Origin: Candidatus Xenobia bacterium
GTDB taxonomy: Bacteria; Vulcanimicrobiota; Xenobia; Xenobiales; QWHO01
Direction of reading: 5' to 3'
NCBI GenBank assembly: GCA_045863235.1
Contig: BTUM01000096.1
Coordinates: 1-28,287, forward strand
Length of the DNA stretch: 28,287 nt
Positions 8,391-17,235 of this stretch are shown piece after piece; the first letter of the stretch is position 1; each line of letters opens with the position of its first letter. The notes under the pieces are model-generated. The model made no database searches. It saw only the letters and a program-made list of their open reading frames with translations, and had not been told where the DNA came from. The translations under genes and the position numbers were made by a program.

Positions 8391-9199
8391 CAGGGATTCA
8401 CTCGTTGAAACTCATGTGTCACCAGCTGCACCGCCTCTTTGAATTCCGAGCGCTCCTGGGCGCTGAGCGGATCGTCCCCACGGCTCGGAGGCAGCGCGTC
8501 GGTGATCTCGACCGCCAGCCGGCCCGGCTGGGTGGCGAAGATCCACACCCGGTCGGCCAGATAGACGGCCTCGGCAATCGAGTGGGTGACCAGGAACACG
8601 GTCGCCTCCACATCGTGCCAGAGCTCTACCAGAAGACGCTGCATCTCGATACGGGTCGGCTCGTCCAGGGCCGAGAACGGCTCGTCCATCAAGATGATTC
8701 GGGGGCGCAGCACCATGCTTCGAGCCAGGGCTACCCGCTGTTGCTGACCGCCGGAAAGCTGGCGCGGATATTTATTCTCATGCCCGCCGAGCCCCACCTT
8801 TTTTATCCAGGCCATCGCCATGTCGGTGCGTTCCTCGGGCTTGCCGCGGTTGCAGGCGTTGAGCCCGAACTTGACGTTGTCGAGCACGGTGAGGTGGGGA
8901 AAGGAGCTGTACTTCTGGAACACCATGCCCCGGTCGGGCCCGGGCCCGGTGACGGGCTTGCCGAACACCAGCACCTGGCCCTCGGTGGGCGGCACGTAGC
9001 CGCGATAGCCGGCGATCAGGTTCAGGATGGTGGATTTGCCGCAGCCCGAGGGACCGAGCATGGAGATGAGCTCGCCCTTGCCTTCCAGGTCGGCCACCTG
9101 GAAGTTGAGGTCGGTGACCGCCAGATACTCGCGGGGCGTGCCGATGTTGAAGATTTGTCGGACGTTCTTGAACTCGACGACGTGGGGGCGCTCGCTCAT
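8390..9199 (-). CDS. ABC transporter ATP-binding protein, NitT/TauT-type
   Basis: Walker A GPSGCGKST, Q-loop VFQ, signature LSGGQQQR, Walker B ILMDEPFSALD, H-loop VTH. Confidence 0.96.
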   Translation of the reverse strand: MSERPHVVEFKNVRQIFNIGTPREYLAVTDLNFQVADLEGKGELISMLGPSGCGKSTILNLIAGYRGYVPPTEGQVLVFGKPVTGPGPDRGMVFQKYSSFPHLTVLDNVKFGLNACNRGKPEERTDMAMAWIKKVGLGGHENKYPRQLSGGQQQRVALARSMVLRPRIILMDEPFSALDEPTRIEMQRLLVELWHDVEATVFLVTHSIAEAVYLADRVWIFATQPGRLAVEITDALPPSRGDDPLSAQERSEFKEAVQLVTHEFQRVNP

Positions 9200-10041
9200 A
9201 GGTAACGATAGGGGAAGAGGAGCTTCCCTACCTGGGCCAGGATGCGGTCGGCCAGGAAGCCCACCACCAGGATGATGAAGGCCGGGATGTACATCAGCAC
9301 CTTGTCGTTTCGGTAAGCGGCGTTGAAGACGTAGCCCAGGCCGCCGGTCTCGGGATCGGCGGCCAGTCCCTCGCCCACCAGAATCCAGGTCCAGGCCACC
9401 CCGAAGCTGAGTCGGATGGCGGTGTAGATGTCCGGCAGGGCGATGGGGAAGAGCACCTTCAAGAGCAGGTTCGGCCCACGCGCTCCCAGCGTCATGGCCG
9501 TGTTGAGGAACATCTCATCCACCTCGTCCACGGCCTTGACGATCAACGGCAGCATGTACACGAAGCAGGCGATGGCCAGGAACAGGACTTTCTGCCAGTC
9601 CCCGCCGAGGGGGGCGAACCAGACGAAGCTCAGGGGCACGATGATGATGAGCGGAAGATAGCCGGCGATGATGTTGAGTGGCTCGAAGAAGGCCCGGATG
9701 GGCCCGTAGGCTCCCATTACCAGCCCCAGAGGCACCACGATGATGGTGGCGATGATGCAGGACTTGATCACCCGCACCAGCGAGATGCCCAGATGCCGCT
9801 GGATGCCGCCCGGAAAGCGAGGGGTGTCCTTGACCAGCATCGGGATGCTCTGTAACACCTCGCCCGGAGAAGGCAGGATGACCGGCGAGACAATGCGCTC
9901 TTCGGCCGCCCCCCGGGTGACGAACCACCAGGCGAACAGCACCAGCAGCACATAGGCCGCCCCCAGGCCCCATGCCAGGAGCCTGGGGGTGGGCCTCCGG
10001 ATCTCAAACAACGTGCTGAGTCCTTCGGCCCGGTTGGCCAT
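9196..10041 (-). CDS. ABC transporter permease, NitT/TauT (SsuC/TauC-like)
   Basis: About 6 hydrophobic segments, ILPSPGEV motif, EAA-loop equivalent NTAMTLGAR...KVLFPIALPDI. Overlaps both neighbours. Confidence 0.93.
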   Translation of the reverse strand: MANRAEGLSTLFEIRRPTPRLLAWGLGAAYVLLVLFAWWFVTRGAAEERIVSPVILPSPGEVLQSIPMLVKDTPRFPGGIQRHLGISLVRVIKSCIIATIIVVPLGLVMGAYGPIRAFFEPLNIIAGYLPLIIIVPLSFVWFAPLGGDWQKVLFLAIACFVYMLPLIVKAVDEVDEMFLNTAMTLGARGPNLLLKVLFPIALPDIYTAIRLSFGVAWTWILVGEGLAADPETGGLGYVFNAAYRNDKVLMYIPAFIILVVGFLADRILAQVGKLLFPYRYL

Positions 10042-11810
10042 CAGGGAGCGGCCTCGATCTGGTAGACCGAGATCTCCACCCGGCGGTTCTTGAAGTGGTT
10101 GTTGGGATCGGCCGGATCAGCCGGGGCGTCCCAGCCCTTGCCCTCGACCACGAACTTGTTGGGGTCGAACTTGTGCTTCTTGACCAGCTCCTCCTTGACC
10201 GCGTTGGCGCGCTCGAGGGAGAGCTGCTTGACCTGGGCCGGATCGACCTGGCCTTTGCGAGAAGCGTCGGTGTGGCCCACGATGGCCACCCGGGCGTTGG
10301 AGAACTGGCCGGCCAGCTTGGCCGCCCGTTCGATGACGGCGTCCACATTGGGGTCGTAGAGCGATCCCTTGATGGCCATGCCGTTTTCGTCGCGGGCCGG
10401 CTCGTGCAGGTTGGCCGAGTTCGGGTAGAACTGGATCTGGATGACGGTCGTGACGATGGGCGACTCGGCCGCGATCTTGCCGTAGGTCGTGGGCACGAAA
10501 GTGGCCACGTTCTCGTTCTTCTGATTCTTGAACTTGCCCTCGGACTGCAGCTTCTTGACGATGCTGAAGTCCATGACCTCGTCGAACTGCACCGTGCCAC
10601 GGATCAGGCCCAGCTCCTTGTAGACGTAGGAGATCGATTTCCAGGTGCGCTCAAAGTTGGTGGGGCTGTTGGCGTTGGTCAGGAAGTCGACGTTCTCGGC
10701 GAAGTTGGTGGTGTGGGCGTCGGCCGACATGCCCATGATGTCCTCGGGCTTCATCGAGTAGCCCTCGGCCATCCAGGTGGCGGCCTGCGAGTAGGTGGCC
10801 GACTTGGGGTCCTTGACCAGCTCCATCCCCTCGAAGATGCCGGCCACCAGGCCGTAGACGATGTCGGGGTGGTCCTTGGCGAAGTCGGCGCGCACGGCGT
10901 AGACGTCGGCGATCAGCTTGTTGGCGTCGGCGGTGGTGGAGAGCAGGCGGTTGCCTTTGCGCTTCTCCACCAGGTTGTAGATGTCGGGAGCCCACGAGAC
11001 GCAGGCGTCGATGCTTTTGTCCGAGTCATAGGCGGCCGAGGCCTCGAAGGCGGTCTGGGTGTAGCGCACCTTGACGTCGCTGGGGCTCAGCCCGGCCGAC
11101 AGCAGCAGGCTGTTGAAGTAGTACTGCGAGGGGCTGTTCTGGGCGTAGACCACGGTCTTGCCCTTCAGGTCCTTCACGCTCTTGATGCTCTCGCGCACCA
11201 CGATGCCGTCGCCACCGCTCGACCAGTCGATCTGCTGGAAGACGCGCGGGGCGGTGCGAGAATCTTTCATCAGCTCGTCGGCGAAGAGCACGATCATGTC
11301 CAGGGTGCCCCACAGCACGTGGAACTTGCCCGAGGCGTAGCCGTCGCGGGCCTGCACCGGGTCGTCCACCAGGGTCAGCTTGACCTTGAAGCCGTACTTC
11401 TTGTAGAAGATGCTCTCTTCGTTGGCTTTGAAGCCGTGGTTGGCGGCCACGATGGGGAGCCAGCCGATCCAGACGTTGATGGGGAACTGGACGACCTTGT
11501 CTTTAGGGTCCCACTGGTAACCGCTGACGCCTTTGACGGCCGGCAGCTTCTCAGCCGCAACGTATTTGTATTCCGACTGGACGGTGACCTGGCCGGGCTG
11601 GCCGGAAGGGTCCTCGCTGCCCGTGCCGCCGCTGCCGCCTCCGGTGGTGTCGCCTCCTCCGGTGGTGCTGGCTGCGGTGGTGCCCCCGCCGGTCGTACCC
11701 GGCTTCGGCTTGCCCATGAACGTGTAGCCCGCGTAAAGGAGCCCGACCACCACCAGCAACACCACGAACTTGCCGGCGCCGGTCAGCCCCGCTGATTGCT
11801 GTCCTGCCAT
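10041..11810 (-). CDS. Membrane-anchored ABC solute-binding protein (NMT1/THI5/SsuA-like) fused to a C-terminal OmpA-like peptidoglycan-binding domain
   Basis: N-terminal TM helix (FVVLLVVVGLLYAGYTFM), Gly/Thr linker, binding-protein motifs (WIGWLP, IDWSSGGDGIVV, IKSVKDLKGKTV, IADVYAVR) and OmpA_C motifs (IVGHTD, LSLERANAVK, NRRVEI). Confidence 0.9.
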   Translation of the reverse strand: MAGQQSAGLTGAGKFVVLLVVVGLLYAGYTFMGKPKPGTTGGGTTAASTTGGGDTTGGGSGGTGSEDPSGQPGQVTVQSEYKYVAAEKLPAVKGVSGYQWDPKDKVVQFPINVWIGWLPIVAANHGFKANEESIFYKKYGFKVKLTLVDDPVQARDGYASGKFHVLWGTLDMIVLFADELMKDSRTAPRVFQQIDWSSGGDGIVVRESIKSVKDLKGKTVVYAQNSPSQYYFNSLLLSAGLSPSDVKVRYTQTAFEASAAYDSDKSIDACVSWAPDIYNLVEKRKGNRLLSTTADANKLIADVYAVRADFAKDHPDIVYGLVAGIFEGMELVKDPKSATYSQAATWMAEGYSMKPEDIMGMSADAHTTNFAENVDFLTNANSPTNFERTWKSISYVYKELGLIRGTVQFDEVMDFSIVKKLQSEGKFKNQKNENVATFVPTTYGKIAAESPIVTTVIQIQFYPNSANLHEPARDENGMAIKGSLYDPNVDAVIERAAKLAGQFSNARVAIVGHTDASRKGQVDPAQVKQLSLERANAVKEELVKKHKFDPNKFVVEGKGWDAPADPADPNNHFKNRRVEISVYQIEAAP

Positions 11811-11875
11811 GACAACCCTCCCTTGATTGGTTGACCCCTCTCGGAGCCGGGTTCTTGAATTGGTATCAAGTCAAG

Positions 11876-11904
11876 GGGCGCTCTCGCTTGAAGCGAGGGC
11901 GCCC
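11876..11904. terminator. GC-rich 13-bp intercistronic hairpin just downstream of pspA; possible partial terminator or mRNA stabiliser
   Basis: GGGCGCTCTCGCT-tga-AGCGAGGGCGCCC (one non-Watson-Crick position), 10 nt past the pspA stop. No strong U-tract on the minus strand. Confidence 0.5.
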
Positions 11905-11914
11905 ATTTCACAGA

Positions 11915-12682
11915 TTATGCCGACTGGGCCGGACCCAGATCGCGCTGGGTCTCTTCGGGTCCCAGCTCGCGCGCCGCCGGCTCGGAGACTGTGGGCAGCG
12001 GGGGAGCTGCCAGGCCCATGCTGGTGGCGAACTCGGCCAGCGCCTGGGCTTCCATGGCCTTCTCTTCCTCGGCCTTCATCACCCAGTCGCCCGACTGCAC
12101 CGAGTCGGCCGCCACGCGAGCCTTGCCAGCCGCGTTGGCGACGCGCTCGTCGAGCTTCTCCTCCAGGCGCTGCAGGGTGGCTCCGCTGCCGGCCATGTCG
12201 AAGGCGGTAGCGCTGGCGATCTCGGCCAGCTTGGCCTGCGACTCGGCGATCTCGGCCTGGGACATCTTGCGCTTGATGTTCTCGATGCGGTTCTGCGCCT
12301 CGCGCACGTAGACGTCGCGCTGCTTGGAGAGGTTCTTGTAGAGGTCGTCAGCCTGCTTGAGCTGGGTCTCATTGTCGGCGATCGACTGCTTGTGCTGCTT
12401 GACCTGCAGGGCCAGCCGTCCGGCCTCTTCCATCTGCTTGGCGTTGAAAAGAGCGGTGGCTTTGGCGGTGGCCCGATCGAGCTCGCGTTTCTCTTTCTCG
12501 ACCGCTGCGCGCAGACGCTCGACCAGAGCCGCCTGCTTGGCCAGATTCTTGTTGTAGGTGGCCACCGCTTCTTGCAGCGAGACCACTTCCGCCTCCAAGA
12601 GAGCTTTCGGGTTGGCCGTCTCGAGCCCGGAGATGAACAGGCTGAGGAATCCCTTGATGAGCTTACCCAAACGTGCGAACAC
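11915..12682 (-). CDS. pspA: PspA/IM30 family protein (bacterial ESCRT-III superfamily)
   Basis: Amphipathic N-terminal helix MFARLGKLIKGFLSLFISGLETANP, long coiled coil, family-like LQRLEEKLDERVANAAGKARVA. AGGAGG RBS 7 nt before the GTG. Confidence 0.88.
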   Translation of the reverse strand: MFARLGKLIKGFLSLFISGLETANPKALLEAEVVSLQEAVATYNKNLAKQAALVERLRAAVEKEKRELDRATAKATALFNAKQMEEAGRLALQVKQHKQSIADNETQLKQADDLYKNLSKQRDVYVREAQNRIENIKRKMSQAEIAESQAKLAEIASATAFDMAGSGATLQRLEEKLDERVANAAGKARVAADSVQSGDWVMKAEEEKAMEAQALAEFATSMGLAAPPLPTVSEPAARELGPEETQRDLGPAQSA

Positions 12683-12950
12683 GACGAAACCTCCTGGAAT
12701 ACGGGACTACGCTTTTTGGCGCGGCCACAAGTTCCCCATTGGGGGGCGATCTCCTTTGCCCCGAGCGGCTGGCAATTGCGGCTCGTGTTTGCACGCATCT
12801 GCAAGGCCCTTGTTTCGACCACGACGGGCCTCGATCGGTCGAGAACGTTATCGCTCCTAGAACCTCTCTGCGCTCGCCGGACCTGGCCGACTGAGCGTCA
12901 TTTCACCTGCCGGCAACACAATCGGGACGGGGCCAGGCTAGGCTGGAGGG

Positions 12951-14210
12951 GTGAAGATCGGAGCCCTCCTGTCCCTGCCCCCGGCTTTCCTGCCTGCGAG
13001 CCCGGCCTGCGACCCGGCCGGACCGGTGGATTCTTGCCAGCTGTCCCGGCCGGTCGGAGCAGATCCCCAGATTCCCGACGCCCGGGCCATCCTGGCCGAC
13101 CCCTCTTTGCGTTACGTGGACCTCAATCGCAGCATCAACCGAAGCTATGCCCAGTTCGGCAGGCTCATGCAAGAGGTGGTGGACCCGCTCTTCGATGGCG
13201 GCAGCTCCCAGGCCAGTCCCAGCTGGTACGGCATGGCGGTCTACGCCTCGCGCATGGCAGGCCGCTCGATGCAGGCGGCCGATCAGGCCCTGAGCGTGGT
13301 CAAGCAGATGGAGGCGGGCAAGAGCTTCGCCTGCGCCGTCGGCTCCCGAGCCGAAGGGGTGGACCTGGAGGGCCTGGGGTTGTGGGGCACGGTCAAGCTG
13401 TGCGCCGCCTTCCTGACGGCGCTCTTCCTGGGGCAGCAGGAGCCGGGCACGCGCGCTTCGGCCTGGTTTGACCCGCGCACCATCACGGTGGCGGCTCACC
13501 GGCTGGCCGGCGTCATCCGAGAGGACTCGGGGCCGGTGGTGGACCGGCTGGCCCGGGTGGCTCAGACCCTCCAGAACGCGCTCGAAGACGGCAACCGCCG
13601 CATTTTCGCCGACATCGGCGTGGCCGGACAGCAGTTCATGGAGGCTCGCCGGGCCAAGGGGGCGGCCCTGACCGAGGGCGAGGTGCTGGCCATGGCGCCC
13701 GAGCCCGAGCAGGCCCGGGCGGTGCTCGAGCAGAGCCGACAGGTGATCGAGCAGGGTGGACCGCTGCCCACCTCGACCAACACCGCCAACATGCTGTGGG
13801 CCGCCTTCGCGCTCTACGAGGAGGCCGGGAAGAGTCCGCCGGGACGACGCGATCCGGCCATCCAGCTGGCCAACGAGTTGATGGCCTATCACGAGCAGTT
13901 TACCGTGGCCGTGCCCGCCTTCGAGCCGCCAGCCCCGATTCCGGGCGAGTTGGACCGCCCGGCCCTGTTCTCGGTGGTGACGCCCTCGGTGTGCGTGCCC
14001 ACCCGCGAGGGGACGTGGCGTTACAGCCGATTTGCCTCCCGCGAGCTGCCGCCGCGCGACTCCAACCCCATGACGCCCCGGGTCACCGAGTACAACTGGG
14101 CTCGCTTCGAAGACCGCTGGCCGGGAATTTTGGACTTCTTCGGCGAGCGCTACCACCGGCCGGAACAGAGCTGGCCCATGCCCCCGGCCGAGCCTTCGGC
14201 GCCTCTTTGA
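12951..14210 (+). CDS. Hypothetical protein, DUF2515-like
   Basis: GGAGG precedes the GTG. Motifs NRSINRSYA, SWYGMAVYASRMAG, LEDGNRRIFADI and AYHEQ resemble DUF2515 blocks as I recall them. The ORF is well supported; the family call is tentative. Confidence 0.65.
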   Translation: MKIGALLSLPPAFLPASPACDPAGPVDSCQLSRPVGADPQIPDARAILADPSLRYVDLNRSINRSYAQFGRLMQEVVDPLFDGGSSQASPSWYGMAVYASRMAGRSMQAADQALSVVKQMEAGKSFACAVGSRAEGVDLEGLGLWGTVKLCAAFLTALFLGQQEPGTRASAWFDPRTITVAAHRLAGVIREDSGPVVDRLARVAQTLQNALEDGNRRIFADIGVAGQQFMEARRAKGAALTEGEVLAMAPEPEQARAVLEQSRQVIEQGGPLPTSTNTANMLWAAFALYEEAGKSPPGRRDPAIQLANELMAYHEQFTVAVPAFEPPAPIPGELDRPALFSVVTPSVCVPTREGTWRYSRFASRELPPRDSNPMTPRVTEYNWARFEDRWPGILDFFGERYHRPEQSWPMPPAEPSAPL

Positions 14211-14215
14211 GCCCT

Positions 14216-15013
14216 GTGAGAGTCTTGCTGCTCTGTCTGCTGTTGGCCAGCGTGGCCCGGGCCCAGGCCACGCTGTTGGAGGCCTCTCAGAGCATCGACG
14301 CGGCTGTGATGCCTATCTTGCTGCGCTACGGGGCCGAGAAGGAGTTGACCTGGGGCCAGAAGACCGCCCTGGACGATCTGGACCGGCTGAACAGGGCGGC
14401 CTCGGGGCTGGTTGGAGCGCTGGAGGGCCAATCCACTCCCGACGGGCTGCGTCCGCTCATCACCGATCTGGACGTGGCCCGCTCCAGGGTTAAGGCCAGC
14501 CTGCAGCTGCTGCCCCTGACCGAGTCCGAGCAAGAGGGCGTCCAGAGCGCTCTGGTGGCCGCCGAGCGCCTGAGCGGGGCGGTGCGCCATCTGGCCGACC
14601 GCTTCGCCGGCCGCGATCAGCCCGCGGGGGTGGCCCTGGCGGATTCTCCCCTGAACCCGACCGATCGCCCCTACTACGAGAACCCCCGCGAGCTGTTAGG
14701 CGAGGCTCAGAACATCCGTTTCTCGGCCGAGCGACTGCTGGGGGCCTGCTACGCCCCGGGCGGCTGGCGGGCGGGCCTGGGCTCGCCCTTCACCATCTCC
14801 GACCTGGTCGAGCTGTCACGGGCCGCGCGCGACTACGAGTGGGCCTGTCAGTCGCGCTACCGGGACGTAAGCGAGACGCTACCTGCCTTCGAGCGGCTGG
14901 TCAGAGCCTATGACCGGGTCAGCTACGTGCCCTACGGGCCCTTTGCCGGCTTCGAGGCTCATAACATCGAGCGAGCGCTGGAGCGGCTTTCCCAGTTCTA
15001 TGGCGCGCGTTGA
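14216..15013 (+). CDS. Hypothetical secreted helical protein
   Basis: GTG at 14216 (or TTG at 14207) gives a Sec-type signal MRVLLLCLLLASVARA-QA. The upstream part of track ORF 13796..15013 overlaps the previous gene and is not credible. Confidence 0.8.
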   Translation: MRVLLLCLLLASVARAQATLLEASQSIDAAVMPILLRYGAEKELTWGQKTALDDLDRLNRAASGLVGALEGQSTPDGLRPLITDLDVARSRVKASLQLLPLTESEQEGVQSALVAAERLSGAVRHLADRFAGRDQPAGVALADSPLNPTDRPYYENPRELLGEAQNIRFSAERLLGACYAPGGWRAGLGSPFTISDLVELSRAARDYEWACQSRYRDVSETLPAFERLVRAYDRVSYVPYGPFAGFEAHNIERALERLSQFYGAR

Positions 15014-15030
15014 TCTGTTCAGAATGATCT

Positions 15031-15054
15031 GTTGAACGGCGCGAAGCGTTCAAC
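15031..15054. terminator. 8-bp hairpin between convergent genes
   Basis: GTTGAACG-gcgcgaag-CGTTCAAC lies between the stops at 15013 (+) and 15089 (-). No U-tract. Confidence 0.3.
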
Positions 15055-15088
15055 GCGCGGCGCCTCCGATCTGCCTTTGCGGGCCCCG

Positions 15089-15520
15089 CTAAGCGTAGCG
15101 CCGCACCCAGTCGTCGAAGCCGTGGGGGGTCAGCTTCTCGCGCACCTGCTCGCTCTCCGGGGCCGGCTGCGCCTGTCCCAGGTCGGCCAGCACCGCGGCC
15201 ACTTCCTTGCCGGCCGGACCGGCCACCGTGCGGGCCACCGTGTCGGCCGGCACGCGGCTGGCCAGAAAGGTGATCAAAGCCTGGTAATCGGTCTCGCTCA
15301 CCCCTTCAGGGTAGGCCCGCGCCAGGATGTCCTTCAGGCGGCTGTCGCCCGAGGCGGTCTCGCCAGAGATTCGGAGCCGGTTGCCCCGGCGCAGGGTGAG
15401 AAAGGCCACGATGGCCCAGTACAAGAGCACGAAGATCGTGCCCAGCGAGAGCAACAAGACCAGCCGCAGCAGCCGGGCCATGCGACGGGAACGGGCGTCA
15501 TAGGGGGTTACGAGAATCAC
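15089..15520 (-). CDS. Hypothetical membrane protein, single N-terminal TM
   Basis: Fills the gap between flanking genes; hydrophobic LLRLVLLLSLGTIFVLLYWAIVAFLTL. Start uncertain (GTG 15520 or the internal ATG). Confidence 0.75.
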   Translation of the reverse strand: MILVTPYDARSRRMARLLRLVLLLSLGTIFVLLYWAIVAFLTLRRGNRLRISGETASGDSRLKDILARAYPEGVSETDYQALITFLASRVPADTVARTVAGPAGKEVAAVLADLGQAQPAPESEQVREKLTPHGFDDWVRRYA

Positions 15521-15578
15521 GCCGGCCTATTCCGCACCCCCGCCAGGAGCCCCTGCGAGGGTCCAGAACGAAATCCCG

Positions 15579-16763
15579 ATGCGCCGCTTCCTGGCTCTGG
15601 CATTGCTCTTCACTCTGGCCGTGGCGGTGGCCGCCCAGGCTCCCACGGCCCTGGTCCTGCTCACCTTGCGGCAGGTGCACCAGGTTATCCTGAGCGATGC
15701 CCTGGAGCCGGTCCAGTCGCCGCAGTTGACCCGGGCCGCCTGGCGGGCGGCTCGCCGTGTCGTGCCCGAGCTGCCTTCCGAGCAGGGCGAGTGGACGGCC
15801 TTCGAGGGAGCCTTCAGCCTGGTTCCCCAGGCCCAGGCGCCGGCCGCGGGCGAAGCGGCCCTGCGGGCCATGGTGGATTCGCTGAAGGATCCCTACTCCA
15901 CCGTGATCACTCCGGCTGAGCGCCAGTTGGAGGAAACCACTCGGCGCGGTGGCAGCTTCTCGGGAGTGGGCGTGGAGTTGGCCTGGCGGGGCGGTCTGGT
16001 GGTGGTGGCCTGCCTGGACGGCTCGCCCGCCCTGGAGGCGGGGGTTCGACCGGGGGATCGCATTCTGGCCGTGGACGGCCAGAAGGTGGACGGGCGCACC
16101 TTCTACACGGCCGGAAACCTGCTGCTGGGAGCTCCTGGCAGCAGGGCTCGCCTTCAACTCGAGCGCCAGGGCCGTCCTCTGGCGATCGAGATCACCCGGC
16201 GCAGCCTGCGGCTGCCTCCCGTGGTGTCACGCAAGCTCTCGGTCGATACCGGCTATGTGCGGGTGGGTTTCTTTGGTCCGGAGACGGTGCGCCAGGTGGG
16301 CCACGAACTGGGCCAGCTGGGCCCCCTGAAGCGCCTGGTGCTGGATCTACGCGGCAATCCGGGGGGCGACTACGATCAGGGGATCAAGCTGGCGGGACTG
16401 TTCGCTCTCGGCCCTCTGCTGCTGGAGGAAGGGCATGGGGGAACCCGCAAGCAGCTCTCTTCGCGCGGCCCGCTGGCCTTCAAGGGCAAGCTGGTGCTGC
16501 TGGTGGACGCCGGCACCGCCAGCGCCGGCGAGCTGGTGGCCCAGAGCCTGCAGGGCCGCACCAACGTGACGGTGGTGGGCACGCGCACCTTCGGCAAGGC
16601 GCGCGTGCAGTCGTTCTACGAGCTGCCCGGCGGAGGCGGCCTGCACCTCACCACTGGACGCTACCTGGGCCTCAATGGTGCCGATCTGCACGGCAAGGGC
16701 CTCCAGCCCGACGTGGCGGTGGGGGCGGGTGAGGACGCGTTGGCACGGGCTCTAAAGATCTAG
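15579..16763 (+). CDS. S41 family carboxy-terminal processing protease (CtpA-like) with PDZ domain
   Basis: Signal peptide, LKDPYS, PDZ FSGVGVEL...GSPALEAGVRPGDRIL, LDLRGNPGG, catalytic Ser in TASAGE and Lys in TFGKARVQ, HGKGLQPDV. Confidence 0.94.
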   Translation: MRRFLALALLFTLAVAVAAQAPTALVLLTLRQVHQVILSDALEPVQSPQLTRAAWRAARRVVPELPSEQGEWTAFEGAFSLVPQAQAPAAGEAALRAMVDSLKDPYSTVITPAERQLEETTRRGGSFSGVGVELAWRGGLVVVACLDGSPALEAGVRPGDRILAVDGQKVDGRTFYTAGNLLLGAPGSRARLQLERQGRPLAIEITRRSLRLPPVVSRKLSVDTGYVRVGFFGPETVRQVGHELGQLGPLKRLVLDLRGNPGGDYDQGIKLAGLFALGPLLLEEGHGGTRKQLSSRGPLAFKGKLVLLVDAGTASAGELVAQSLQGRTNVTVVGTRTFGKARVQSFYELPGGGGLHLTTGRYLGLNGADLHGKGLQPDVAVGAGEDALARALKI

Positions 16764-17042
16764 GAACAAGTTGAGCCTGGATCCCGGCCTGCGCGAGGCC
16801 GGCCCTGGTTGGCGGCCACCAGGCCGGAGGCCCCTGGCTGGTCGACCGATCGCATCTCTGCTTGCCTGCACTCCATGACACCGATGGTCGTGGGGGCGTG
16901 ATGGTCGAAGTCGCATTGCGTCGCCGACCCGAACACAGCGGACGACCAACCCCGGTCCCAGAGAGCATCTGCCGCCCGCAGCGGCCGGCTCGGAGAGCAG
17001 GCCCCCGACTCTCAGTTGAGGCCGGCACTGACCCGGTTCTGT

Positions 17043-17096
17043 CCATGAATGTGTCGTGTAATCTTATCGGTTTACACTACAAACTGTCGATGGTCT
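17043..17096. repeat. REP-like palindrome copy 2 (degenerate)
   Basis: TGTCGTGTAAT(17052-17062)-cttatcgg-TTTACACTACA(17071-17081), followed by ...GATGGTCTCGGGG as in copy 3. Confidence 0.75.
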
Positions 17097-17136
17097 CGGG
17101 GGGTCTCGCATCAATCCGTTCGAGCGCCTGTGCCGT

Positions 17137-17235
17137 CTCCATCCGACGCCCTGGACACACGCCTGCTGGGCTCCATCCGACGCCTGGAAACACGCCTGCT
17201 GGGCTCGATCCGATGCCCTGCACACACGCCTGCTG
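17137..17235. repeat. Non-coding tandem repeat, 3 copies of a 33-34 bp unit
   Basis: ctccatccgacgccctggacacacgcctgctggg / ctccatccgacgcctggaaacacgcctgctggg / ctcgatccgatgccctgcacacacgcctgctg. No spacers, and the 34-bp unit breaks frame. Confidence 0.9.

Noticed and set aside
12683..12950. Sigma54 promoter for pspA, as in enterobacteria
   Set aside because: No properly spaced TGGCAC-N5-TTGC was found by eye on the minus strand.
17137..17235. Possible mini CRISPR array
   Set aside because: The units are directly adjacent with no unique spacers, and no cas genes are in the window.
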